Below are positions 16,938 to 25,845 of a DNA stretch of 36,819 nucleotides, piece by piece. The notes beneath the pieces were generated by a model. It did not search any database. It was not told the origin of the DNA and saw only the letters and a list, made by a program, of their open reading frames with translations. The DNA is taken from sequence record SRR2962707_445. One strand, given 5' to 3'. Position 1 is the first letter of the stretch. The number at the start of each line of letters is the position of its first letter. A program made the translations under genes and the position numbers.

Positions 16938-17948
16938 TCATAAACGACCCTCATCCACTGCGTGACAAGCCACCGAGCTGTTGTCTGGCTGGCGAATCAT
17001 TTCAGGTGACTCTTTGTAGCAACGCGGATTCGCGTAAGGGCAGCGCGCTTGAAAAACACAGCCAATGGGTTTGTCCATTTGGGTGGGTACTTCACCCATC
17101 AAACGAATCGGCTGTGTGGTGTTGTTGTCCAGACGCGGAATCGCTGAGAGCAAAGCCTTTGTATAAGGGTGTTTAGGGGCGCTAAAAAGTGTGCTGGTAC
17201 TGGCTAATTCGCAAACGCGTCCTAAGTACATCACCGCAACACGAGTGGCAAAATGCTCTACCACAGCAAGGTCATGGGTGATGAATAAGTAGGTGAGGTT
17301 ACGTTCCTCTTGTTTGTCCATCATCAGGTTCAGCACTTGTGCCTGAACCGACACATCCAGTGCGGATAAGGGTTCATCGGCAATAATAAAATCTGGTTCG
17401 ACGGAGAGCGCACGGGCAAGGCTAATGCGCTGGCGTTGACCACCAGAAAACTCATTCGGGTAGTTGTCCATGCTAGAAGGAGAAATACCGACGGATTCTA
17501 GTAACGCATGGATTTTCTCATCCACTTGGCTCGCGGATAGCTGAGGGTTGTGGAAGGAGATGGGCTCGCTCAGTGTTTGATAGACGGTCATTCTTGGGTT
17601 GAGCGACGCGTATGGGTTCTGAAAAACCATTTGCATACGACGTCGAAACAACATGCGCTGGCGATCGTTAAGGTGATCGATGCGTTGATCTTGATAATGC
17701 ACTTCGCCACTGCTGGCAGGCGTTAACCCCATGAGTACGCGCGCTAAGGTGGATTTGCCGCAGCCTGTCTCCCCCACAACACACAATGTCTCACCTTGGT
17801 TAATGGTCAAATTCACCCCGTTTAAGGCGTGGACGCTGTCTTTTTTGCGTCGAATCTTGCCGCGGTCAATTTGCCACTGGTCAAACCAACTATTATTGGT
17901 GGTGAAGGACTTTTCAAGGTGGCTTATTTGGATCAAAGGAGTAGGCAT
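16938..17948 (-). CDS. Dipeptide/oligopeptide ABC transporter ATP-binding subunit (DppF/OppF-like)
   Basis: GETGCGKST, FSGGQRQR, IIADEP, HPYT, C-terminal GC.F..RC...C...VACH. Confidence 0.92.
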   Translation of the reverse strand: MPTPLIQISHLEKSFTTNNSWFDQWQIDRGKIRRKKDSVHALNGVNLTINQGETLCVVGETGCGKSTLARVLMGLTPASSGEVHYQDQRIDHLNDRQRMLFRRRMQMVFQNPYASLNPRMTVYQTLSEPISFHNPQLSASQVDEKIHALLESVGISPSSMDNYPNEFSGGQRQRISLARALSVEPDFIIADEPLSALDVSVQAQVLNLMMDKQEERNLTYLFITHDLAVVEHFATRVAVMYLGRVCELASTSTLFSAPKHPYTKALLSAIPRLDNNTTQPIRLMGEVPTQMDKPIGCVFQARCPYANPRCYKESPEMIRQPDNSSVACHAVDEGRL

Positions 17949-18950
17949 TTAGCGGCTCTCCTCATCGTCATCAAGGTGGGCGTCATTGATCATGTCTTCT
18001 ACCATAAAACAGGCCACGGTCGAGACGCCGCTGTGAATGAAACTGGGCTGTTGTTGGCGGCATTGGTCTGTGGCATACGGGCAGCGCGGATGAAACGCAC
18101 AACCTGAAGGCCGCTCATTAAGCGGTGGCATGCTGCCCTGAATTTGATTAAGGCGCTGACCTGGTAAAGCCATTTGGGGCAACGCATTCAGCAAGCCTTG
18201 GGTGTACGGGTGCTGCGGATCATTGATGATTTCCAGAGTAGGACCTTCTTCTACGACGCGGCCGGCGTACATGACAATGGTGCGTTCTGCAACGCGAGAA
18301 ACAACCCCTAAGTCGTGGCTAATCAGCAGTAGCGCCATGCTGTTGTTGCGGCAAATATCCAGCAACAACTGAATGATCTCAGCTTGAATGGTCACGTCCA
18401 GCGCGGTAGTGGGTTCGTCGGCAATAATAATGTCTGGGTTGAGCAGTAAAACGGTGGCGATAATAACCCGTTGACGCATGCCGCCTGATAATTCATGGGG
18501 GTATTGATTAAAACGTTTTTCTGGCGACGCAATCTGCACGCTGTGGAGTTTTTCGATGGCGATGTTTTTTGCGTCTTTGAAAGAAATGCGAGTGTGACTG
18601 CGGATGGCTTCAACCAATTGTACGCCAATGGTCAGCACTGGGTTGAGTGTCATCATGGGGTCTTGGAAAATCATCGCGATGCGCTTGCCTCGCACTTCTT
18701 GCAGCTGCGGTAAAGACATCGTAGTGATCTCTTTGTTTTGCAGCTTAATAGAGCCTGATTTTATATAGCCTGGTTTATCGACTAGATTAACAATTGAGAA
18801 ACCTAAAATGGATTTCCCCGCCCCCGATTCGCCGACAATCGCAATGCGTTCGCCACGGTTAAGGGTAAAGCTAACATCGATCAAGGCGGCCAAGTCTTGG
18901 CCCTTAAGATGAAAGTTTACATGCAGGTTGCTGACGCTCAACAGATTCAT
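17949..18950 (-). CDS. Dipeptide/oligopeptide ABC transporter ATP-binding subunit (DppD/OppD-like)
   Basis: GESGAGKS, IFQDPM, LSGGMRQR, DEPTTALDV; start trimmed to ATG 18950, 1 nt after the upstream permease stop. Confidence 0.92.
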   Translation of the reverse strand: MNLLSVSNLHVNFHLKGQDLAALIDVSFTLNRGERIAIVGESGAGKSILGFSIVNLVDKPGYIKSGSIKLQNKEITTMSLPQLQEVRGKRIAMIFQDPMMTLNPVLTIGVQLVEAIRSHTRISFKDAKNIAIEKLHSVQIASPEKRFNQYPHELSGGMRQRVIIATVLLLNPDIIIADEPTTALDVTIQAEIIQLLLDICRNNSMALLLISHDLGVVSRVAERTIVMYAGRVVEEGPTLEIINDPQHPYTQGLLNALPQMALPGQRLNQIQGSMPPLNERPSGCAFHPRCPYATDQCRQQQPSFIHSGVSTVACFMVEDMINDAHLDDDEESR

Positions 18951-18951
18951 A

Positions 18952-19890
18952 CTAGTCTTTGTAAGTCCTTGGATTAAGGTGATCTCGTAACCAATCACCG
19001 AGCATATTCATGACCAAAATGAGGATGATGAGGGTGACGCTTGGAATGACACAAATCCACCATGAGCCTGAGAACATATAGCTGAACCCCACCGAAATGA
19101 GCGCGCCTAATGATGGATCGTTCGCCGGCATGCCCAACCCTAAGAAAGAAAGCGCCGCCTCTGCCACAATGGCGTTGGAAATTTGTACTGTAAAAATCAC
19201 CAGCACTGGGGTGAGCGTATTGGGCAGAATGTGTTTAAACATAATGCGTTTTGGACTAATGCCCATGATACGGGCGGCATCGACGTATTCTTTTTGTTTT
19301 TCGGCCAATACCGAGGCGCGAATGGTGCGCGCAAATAAAGGCCATTCGGCTAACCCAATCACCAAAATTAGCATCAGCATGGCGAGTTGTTGGTACATGG
19401 CCATACCAAAAAGTGCTTGGAAGATGGCTAAGAAAACAATCGCGACCATCATGGTGGAGAAGGACAATTGAATGTCGGCGGCGCGCATCAGAAAATTGTC
19501 GGTACGGCCACCAAGGTAACCAGAGATTAAGCCGATGCAAATGCCTAGCGTTGCCTGAATCAAGACGGCACACACGCCTATGGTTAGAGACAACCGGGTG
19601 CCGTATAAAATCACCGACAGCATGTCGCGACCTTGGGCGTCGGTACCGAGCAAAAAGCGACTGTCACCACTGATCCAACGAGGCGCGATTTCAGCGTTTG
19701 CCAAATCCATGAAGTTGGGGTTGTTGATATTGTAGGGCGCAAGCAGAGGGGCAAAGATCGCGACAAAACAATAAAAGACAAAAATAGCCAGTGAGAGTGT
19801 GGCCAGTTTGTCGCCAATGAAACCTGTCCAGATGTGACTCCAGCGACTGTTTGGCGTAGGGGGGATAATGTCTTTCTTAAAATATTTCAT
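18952..19890 (-). CDS. ABC transporter permease (DppC/OppC-like)
   Basis: LLGTD..GRD, EYVDAAR.MG (EAA loop), EAALSFLGLG; start at ATG 19890 (ATGA overlap with upstream permease). Confidence 0.92.
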   Translation of the reverse strand: MKYFKKDIIPPTPNSRWSHIWTGFIGDKLATLSLAIFVFYCFVAIFAPLLAPYNINNPNFMDLANAEIAPRWISGDSRFLLGTDAQGRDMLSVILYGTRLSLTIGVCAVLIQATLGICIGLISGYLGGRTDNFLMRAADIQLSFSTMMVAIVFLAIFQALFGMAMYQQLAMLMLILVIGLAEWPLFARTIRASVLAEKQKEYVDAARIMGISPKRIMFKHILPNTLTPVLVIFTVQISNAIVAEAALSFLGLGMPANDPSLGALISVGFSYMFSGSWWICVIPSVTLIILILVMNMLGDWLRDHLNPRTYKD

Positions 19891-20867
19891 AGGCCGTGGT
19901 TTGCCAGTTTTACAGTGGGGTTCACTAATCCATAGATCAAATCGACGAACGTATTGGTGATCACAAAAATACCGCCTACGACGATCAAATAAGCGGCAAT
20001 GAGCGGCGTATCCACGCGACTGACGGCGTCCATAAAGAGAAAGCCCATGCCGGGCCATTGGAAAATAGATTCGGTCAAAATGGTGTAAGCGACGAGCGTC
20101 CCAGCCTGAATACCGCCAACGGTAATGACAGGCAGCATAGTGTTTTTTAGCGCGTGAATAAAGTAAATACGACGCGTAGGTAAGCCTTTAGACCAGGCAA
20201 AACGAATGTAGTCCGATTGCAGCACTTCCATCATTTCGGCGCGGATTAAGCGTACGAAAATCGGCATTAAGGCGAAGGCGAGCGTGATGCTTGGCAAAAT
20301 AAGATGGCGTAGTCCGTCTTTTGAAAACAACCCGCTGTCCCATAAGCCAAATACATTGGTGGTTTGACCGCGCCCAAAGCTGGGGGCTAGGTGTAGCTTG
20401 ATAGAAAACACATAAACCAAAAATATGGCGACGATAAAAATGGGGATGGAAAGCCCCATGGTACTCAGTGCCACAACCAGTCTAGAGACAATGTTTCTGG
20501 GTTTAATGGCCGCCAAAATACCACAAGGCGTGGCAATGCCGATCACTATAATAATGGCGCAAAAAGCCAGTTCGACGGTGGCTGGGAGCTTTTTAAAAAT
20601 AACATCCAACACGGGCTCTTTATAATAATAAGAGGTGCCTAGGTCGCCGTGAATGGCTTTTTTAGCAAAGCGCCAATATTGCACCACTATGCTGTCGTTG
20701 AGCCCTAACTCTTGTCTAAGTTGAGCGCGTTCTGTTGGAGACACCGTCATCGACATGTGTTGCTGGACAGGGTCGCCCAGTTTGTTCTGAATCGCAAAGC
20801 TGATTGCGCTGATGATGATCATCACAAAAATGGCTTGGACTAAACGGCGGAGAAGAAAAACAAGCAT
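19887..20867 (-). CDS. ABC transporter permease (DppB/OppB-like)
   Basis: GDP, LGLN...QY, GDLG.S, LPATVEL, DY.R.A..KGL, E.IF.WPG.G. Confidence 0.92.
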   Translation of the reverse strand: MLVFLLRRLVQAIFVMIIISAISFAIQNKLGDPVQQHMSMTVSPTERAQLRQELGLNDSIVVQYWRFAKKAIHGDLGTSYYYKEPVLDVIFKKLPATVELAFCAIIIVIGIATPCGILAAIKPRNIVSRLVVALSTMGLSIPIFIVAIFLVYVFSIKLHLAPSFGRGQTTNVFGLWDSGLFSKDGLRHLILPSITLAFALMPIFVRLIRAEMMEVLQSDYIRFAWSKGLPTRRIYFIHALKNTMLPVITVGGIQAGTLVAYTILTESIFQWPGMGFLFMDAVSRVDTPLIAAYLIVVGGIFVITNTFVDLIYGLVNPTVKLANHGL

Positions 20868-20945
20868 TAGTCCTGCGCCACTCCCTCAAAACAAAAATGA
20901 GTCAAAAACGGTGCTTGGGCATAATATAGATGGTTTTCGCGGAGA

Positions 20946-22523
20946 CTATTTTTCATCAATGACAAGGTCTCCAAGGAAAGGGTAATTTTGATCATTCACA
21001 ATGCTTTCGATGTGTAAGTTGTTTTTAGCGGCCCAGGTGTTGTACTGCCAATAGAGTGGCACAATTGCGGCATCATTATGCAGCTTGATTTCCACTTGCT
21101 GCATGATTCGAGCGCGCTTTTCTGGGTTCATTTCACGGTTTGCGAGTTTAATGTCTTCATTAATGCTTGGCGCGCAATATTCGCTGGCATTATAAGCGCC
21201 CAGGCCGGATTTGGCATCTTGGCAAGCAATAATAAATTCAAATAAGTTGTTGGAGTCTTCGGTGTCCGATTGCCAGCCTAGCATCATAATGTCGGCGGCC
21301 CTTTCATCATACTGCTGAAAATATTGGGCTTTGGGCAAAGTTTTTAGGTCGACTGTTATGTGTATGCGACCCAGCATGGCGGCGATGGCTTGGGCCACTT
21401 TGTCGTCGTTCATGTAGCGATTGTTGGGGGCCATCATGCTGACACGAAAGCCTTTTTCATATCCTGCCTGCTTCATTAGCTCAAGCGCTTTGGGCAAATT
21501 GTATTCGGGTTTTATGCTGTCTACATGGCCGAGGAACTTGCTTGCGCTGAGTTGGCCTGCGGGGATCGCGTAGCCGCGGAGTATTTTTTCGACGATAAGC
21601 TGTTGGTTGATGGCCAAGTTAATTGCGCGGCGAACTCTGACATCGCGAAATTCTGAGCGACGTTTCTCATTTAGGTGCAGTAACAGAATGCGCCCAGTTG
21701 GTAGGGTGATGATTTTTATGCCTTTGCTGTTTTTGGTGCGCTCGATGTCAATCGGAGACACCGGAAAAATAAAGTCTACATCGCCAGAAAGAAGGGCGGC
21801 CAATCGTGTAGAGTCTGTTTTGATTGGGGTAAGAATAATCTTATCAACATTGCCTTTTGATTTTGTATCCCAATAATCTTTATTACGAGTGAGCACCATG
21901 CGTACGCCGGGTTCGCGCTCTTGGACGATAAAAGGACCTGTGCCTGATACGCGCTGAGAGGCAAATGAATTACCAAATTTAATGATTTCATCGCGGCCTT
22001 GGTAAAACACCTTATCCATTGGAAAAACATAGGTCATGATGTTGAGTAACAAAGGGTTGGTGTTCGTGGAGCGAATGTCGACTGTGTATTTATTGATGAC
22101 GACGACCGAGCTGATGGAGTCAAACATGGCGCGAAAGTCTGGAGAGCGTTTTAGTCGTCGAATGGTGTAAGCAACGTCTTCGGCGGTAAACACATTGCCG
22201 GTTTGAAAATGCACGTGTTTACGCAAGAAAAAGCGTGTGGTGGTGGGGGTGATTTGTTTCCAGTGGGTGGCTAAACGAGGTTCGATTTGCCCGTTTTGTT
22301 TCCAGCGTACTAATGGATCAAAGACCATGTGCGAAAACTGCAATGTGCCTTCAGATAATTGTTCATGGGGGTCGAGCGACACGGGATCGGCATCAAACGC
22401 CATTTTAAGTGTCACCGCCGAGACCGTCTGACACGTTAATAATGTGGTGATGGAAAGCAAAAAAGCACGAGCAAAAAAACGACAGTGATTGAGTTTTAGG
22501 TGATGTAGTGCGCTGATAAACAT
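20946..22523 (-). CDS. ABC transporter substrate-binding protein, family 5 (DppA/OppA-like)
   Basis: Signal peptide, SLDPH, FDPLV, P.LA..W, GTGPF, VRRA...AIN. Start uncertain: ATG 22523 vs TTG 22559. Confidence 0.9.
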   Translation of the reverse strand: MFISALHHLKLNHCRFFARAFLLSITTLLTCQTVSAVTLKMAFDADPVSLDPHEQLSEGTLQFSHMVFDPLVRWKQNGQIEPRLATHWKQITPTTTRFFLRKHVHFQTGNVFTAEDVAYTIRRLKRSPDFRAMFDSISSVVVINKYTVDIRSTNTNPLLLNIMTYVFPMDKVFYQGRDEIIKFGNSFASQRVSGTGPFIVQEREPGVRMVLTRNKDYWDTKSKGNVDKIILTPIKTDSTRLAALLSGDVDFIFPVSPIDIERTKNSKGIKIITLPTGRILLLHLNEKRRSEFRDVRVRRAINLAINQQLIVEKILRGYAIPAGQLSASKFLGHVDSIKPEYNLPKALELMKQAGYEKGFRVSMMAPNNRYMNDDKVAQAIAAMLGRIHITVDLKTLPKAQYFQQYDERAADIMMLGWQSDTEDSNNLFEFIIACQDAKSGLGAYNASEYCAPSINEDIKLANREMNPEKRARIMQQVEIKLHNDAAIVPLYWQYNTWAAKNNLHIESIVNDQNYPFLGDLVIDEK

Positions 22524-22720
22524 GCTTTTGTCTCTATTACAACCAACAAAAAAGAGCAAGAGATCATATAATCCTGCCTAGATAAATGGGTCAGGTTTAT
22601 AAAAGTTGACCATTCGATTGGATACTATAATTACAAAATATTGCGTAAAAATATAGCAAGGATCTAAATCGGTCGTTTTTAATCAAAAACACTTTTTTTT
22701 ACTGAATTTAAGGTCTGTAC

Positions 22721-23320
22721 ATGAATTACTTTGCACACCTGCATATTGCGTATGAAACCAATACCTCTTGGGCAGGTAATTTACTGGGTGATTTTCCTGT
22801 GGTGGTGAGCGAATTACCCGCCGATTTGCATTCCGGTTGGCAATTGCACCAAAAAGTCGATGTGATGGTGGATGAACACGACGCCAGTGTGGCGTTTCGC
22901 TCTATGTCGCGAGCCGGTCGTCGGCGCTTTTCAGGCATAGTTCAAGATATTGTGATGGACTATTGGCTGATCCAAAATTGGTCGAGGTTCTCGCCGCTGC
23001 CGCTGGATACTTTTTGCCAAACGGCGGTGCAAGGGTTGCTGAGTGATGTAAACCGCTGTCCGGCTCGTTTGCAGAAAATGATTTATTCGTTGCAACAGCA
23101 CAATTGGTTGGCGGAGTTGGGAACAAGGCAAGGGGTTGAAAATGCCCTGCATTCGATTATGCGCCGTTGGCGTCATGGGGCGCACTTACAGCCTTTTTTA
23201 GACGAATTGCCTACCGTGATACAACAGGGTGAAGCGGTCTTTTTAGCGCTCTACCCGGATCTTTTAAGCTTTGTTGATCAGGAAGTAAAAAAGGCCGAGG
23301 TGGTGGGCCACCTCGGCTAA
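22721..23320 (+). CDS. acpH: Acyl carrier protein phosphodiesterase (AcpH/DUF479)
   Basis: MNYFAHL, GNLLGDF, LH.KVD...D.H, RRFSGI..D...DY.L..NW. Confidence 0.8.
   Translation: MNYFAHLHIAYETNTSWAGNLLGDFPVVVSELPADLHSGWQLHQKVDVMVDEHDASVAFRSMSRAGRRRFSGIVQDIVMDYWLIQNWSRFSPLPLDTFCQTAVQGLLSDVNRCPARLQKMIYSLQQHNWLAELGTRQGVENALHSIMRRWRHGAHLQPFLDELPTVIQQGEAVFLALYPDLLSFVDQEVKKAEVVGHLG
23287..23317 (-). terminator. Strong minus-strand intrinsic terminator
   Basis: Minus strand GCCGAGGTGG-ccca-CCACCTCGGC-C-TTTTTT; perfect 10-bp GC-rich stem, U-tract on the minus strand only. Confidence 0.75.
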
Positions 23321-23400
23321 TTTGGACTAATGTCCGATCGAGAGATCACCCTCAGAAACAGCGAACCATGGTCAGGGTAGTATGGCTCAGTGTTGAGGAC
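23287..23400 (-). ncRNA. Candidate ~115-nt small regulatory RNA
   Basis: Orphan minus-strand terminator, TACAAT -10 (23412-23407), CRP-like site (23433-23448), several internal hairpins, no plausible minus-strand ORF. Confidence 0.55.
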
Positions 23401-23432
23401 CTAGTGATTGTAGTTGAGTGCCAATTTAGCGT

Positions 23433-23448
23433 TGTGACGCAGGTCATG
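23433..23448. promoter_or_regulatory. CRP-like binding site at a class II position for the candidate sRNA promoter
   Basis: TGTGA-CGCAGG-TCATG vs consensus TGTGA-N6-TCACA; centre 23440.5 is about -41 from the predicted start near 23400/23399. Confidence 0.45.
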
Positions 23449-23593
23449 AAAAAGAGCGGCCGTGGTTTTTTAAGGCAACCTATTTTCAAATCTCGCAATG
23501 GTTTAGTTGGGCGCTAATTTATGATTCTTCATTGCGAAGTTGTGGTAGACTGCGCAACCGCAAAATACATGGCGATTAGAGAGGTAATTAGGG

Positions 23594-24589
23594 GTGAGCG
23601 TTCAGTGGTATCCAGGACACATGAACAAGGCGCGTCGAGAAATCGAAGAAGTGATGACACAGGTCGATATTGTCATCGAAGTATTGGATGCGCGCATTCC
23701 AGATTCTAGTCAGAACCCAATGTTGAATACATTGCGTGGCGTTGTGCCGGTTCTGCGCTTATTGAATAAAAAAGACTTAGCCGACCGTGATCGACTGGCG
23801 TTATGGCTGGATCATTGGCGTGGCAGTGAAACCGTGATGGCGCATCCTTTTTCTACTCAAGATAAAGCCGATGTGGCCAAAATCAGCCAATGGGTTAGCC
23901 AAATGGTGCCCCATAGAGGCACGGCAGAAAAACCGATTCGAGCGATGATTGCCGGTATTCCAAACGTCGGAAAATCCAGTTTAATGAACGCCTTGTTAGG
24001 TCGACGTGTGGCAAAAGTAGGCGATGAGCCTGCGGTGACAAAAGCCCAGCAAAAACTGAAAGTGACCAACGGATTTCAATTGTTGGACACACCAGGCATT
24101 TTGTGGCCAAAAATAGAAAACCCAGACGCCAGCTACCGTTTGGCGGTGACTGGCGCGGTGAGAGCCACGGCGATTAATTATGAAGACGTTGCTGTGGTGG
24201 GCTTGACGTTTTTTATCACCGATTACGCTGCAGCGTTACAAGCTCGCTACAAACTTAAAGAGCTGTCTACCGATCCTGTTGAAGTGCTGAAAGTGATTGG
24301 CTCGAAACGTGGTGCGTTACGCGCTGGTGGCAAGATTGATATGCACAAAGCCGCTGAAGTGTTCTTGAATGATGTTCGTACTGGCGCCATTGGTCCTTAT
24401 GTTATGGAAACACCTGAGATGATTGCTCATGAAGAGCAGTTGGTCGAAGAAGCCAAAGCGAAAAAAGAAGCGGAAAGACAAGCCAGATTAGCGGCCGCGA
24501 TTCCGCAGCGACAACAAGATAAAAATAGAAAATACCGTGACGAGCAGGCGAAACAAGCCCATGCTCAGTCGAATGATGAGAATAAGTGA
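23594..24589 (+). CDS. rbgA: Ribosome biogenesis GTPase RbgA (YlqF)
   Basis: QWYPGHM, DARIP.SS.NP, NKKD (G4), GIPNVGKSS (G1), DTPG (G3), circularly permuted order; GAGGT SD. Confidence 0.93.
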   Translation: MSVQWYPGHMNKARREIEEVMTQVDIVIEVLDARIPDSSQNPMLNTLRGVVPVLRLLNKKDLADRDRLALWLDHWRGSETVMAHPFSTQDKADVAKISQWVSQMVPHRGTAEKPIRAMIAGIPNVGKSSLMNALLGRRVAKVGDEPAVTKAQQKLKVTNGFQLLDTPGILWPKIENPDASYRLAVTGAVRATAINYEDVAVVGLTFFITDYAAALQARYKLKELSTDPVEVLKVIGSKRGALRAGGKIDMHKAAEVFLNDVRTGAIGPYVMETPEMIAHEEQLVEEAKAKKEAERQARLAAAIPQRQQDKNRKYRDEQAKQAHAQSNDENK

Positions 24590-24600
24590 GGTTCAAAGTC

Positions 24601-24981
24601 ATGGATTATGAAATTGCCTTTGATCAGGAAGAAAGCCGCTATCGTATCTACGCTGATTATGAGTTCGCTGCTATTGCTGAGTGGGTTACCCAGTTTGTTA
24701 TCGATAAAGAAAATATTCAGCGCGTCTTGTCAGCTGCACGATTGGCTGAATATGAAAAAGAAACGACGCAGTTTCAACATGGCCCGTTCGAAGTGATTAT
24801 CAGCGAAGAGGGTGTGGTGGTTTCTCGTCAAGTGGACATGAGCGAGGCGGAAGAAGAAATTAAAGCCATGTTTGATTCGCAAGACAGTTTCTATCGACCA
24901 TCTACCGACGGCATTAAAGCGGAATGTGGTCTAGAAGACCTGGTAGACATGGTTGAAAACTGGCATGAGGTGCTTCAATAG
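24601..24981 (+). CDS. UPF0231/YacL-like acidic protein
   Basis: Starts MDYE and ends with CGLEDL, as I recall for the YacL family; GAGGT SD before ATG 24601. Confidence 0.6.
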   Translation: MDYEIAFDQEESRYRIYADYEFAAIAEWVTQFVIDKENIQRVLSAARLAEYEKETTQFQHGPFEVIISEEGVVVSRQVDMSEAEEEIKAMFDSQDSFYRPSTDGIKAECGLEDLVDMVENWHEVLQ

Positions 24982-24987
24982 TTGTTC

Positions 24988-25030
24988 CTAGCGCTGGCTG
25001 GGTTTACACTAGCGCTAGATTTATTTTTTT
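24988..25030 (+). terminator. Possible terminator hairpin after the yacL-like gene
   Basis: CTAGCGCTGG...CTAGCGCTAG (one G-U pair) followed by ATTTATTTTTT. Confidence 0.4.
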
Positions 25031-25049
25031 ACGTTTTTAGGGAGCCGAT

Positions 25050-25652
25050 ATGCTCGTCGAATTGGAAAAAGCCCGCAATCGAAATAATGTCGTTCGCATT
25101 TTTCGCGAAGAATTAGATGGTCCAGAAAGTTGGACTGATGGCTTTGTTGTGGACGCCAACGAAGAAATGGTTCTGCTCCAGTTAATTGATGACAGTGTGC
25201 ATCTCAATGGTTACCAAATATTATTTTTGGAAGACATCAGCGATTTTGTGCATCCTGCCCCTTTTAACGATTTTCAAAAACGCGTACTTGCTCTTCGTGA
25301 AGAGCAGGTCGTTGATCCTGAAGTGGATTTAGAAGACCTTGCAGTATTGTTGATTGATATCAGCGAAGAATACGGCTTGGTGACACTGCACCGTGAAGAA
25401 GTTGAAGTAGACAGCTGTGAAATCGGTCGTGTTGTTCGTGCCGATGCTGTGACCTATGAGCTAGAAGAAATTGGTTCAGACGCGCGCTGGTTTGACGATA
25501 CTTTTGAATATGACTTGTACGATATTACCCGCATCGAGTTTGGTGGGGCGTATGAAGAAGCCTTGATGTTGGCCAACGATGATATGGGTGATGATGCCTA
25601 TGAATTGGCCGACGACTACGAAGAAGATGGTTTGCTTGTCGAAGAAGAGTAA
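25050..25652 (+). CDS. Hypothetical acidic protein with two tandem beta-rich (Sm/PRC-like) repeats
   Basis: GGGAG SD; internal repeat VRIFREE..GFVVDA..LQLIDD..LEDISDF / VTLHREE..GRVVRA..LEEIGS..LYDITRI. Confidence 0.7.
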   Translation: MLVELEKARNRNNVVRIFREELDGPESWTDGFVVDANEEMVLLQLIDDSVHLNGYQILFLEDISDFVHPAPFNDFQKRVLALREEQVVDPEVDLEDLAVLLIDISEEYGLVTLHREEVEVDSCEIGRVVRADAVTYELEEIGSDARWFDDTFEYDLYDITRIEFGGAYEEALMLANDDMGDDAYELADDYEEDGLLVEEE

Positions 25653-25673
25653 GATTTCACGACAGAGTTAGAG

Positions 25674-25698
25674 AAACGCCCGTAATGGGCGTTTTTTT
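25674..25698 (+). terminator. Intrinsic terminator
   Basis: AAACGCCC-gtaat-GGGCGTTT then TTTT. Confidence 0.85.
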
Positions 25699-25845
25699 AT
25701 GCCAAAAAGGCAACGGGCTTAATTGCTGCGTTGAATTGCCACATTCTCTTACCATTTCAAGGTAAAAATCATAGTAAAGAAATGGTAAATTCCCCTCCCA
25801 CTACGCTATCTTATTAATATATCTAATCCCATCTAGGAAATTTTT

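Noticed and set aside
19891-20058. N-terminal extension of the DppC-like ORF (likewise 18951-18998, 30294-30326, 24586-24600)
   Set aside because: These extensions overlap upstream genes or lack an SD; downstream starts with SD or stop-start coupling fit family N-termini better.
23355-23385. Faint resemblance of ACCCTGACCATGGTTC to the 6S RNA 3' strand
   Set aside because: The unit is too short, does not form a ~180-nt rod and lacks the zapA/ygfA context.
23409-23424. TTGGCAC on the minus strand as a sigma-54 promoter
   Set aside because: The -12 GC is missing at the required GG-N10-GC spacing (reads CA); a TACAAT -10 explains the site better.
23521-23709. 62-aa + strand ORF overlapping the rbgA start
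   Set aside because: Out-of-frame overlap with rbgA, no SD, no recognisable motif.
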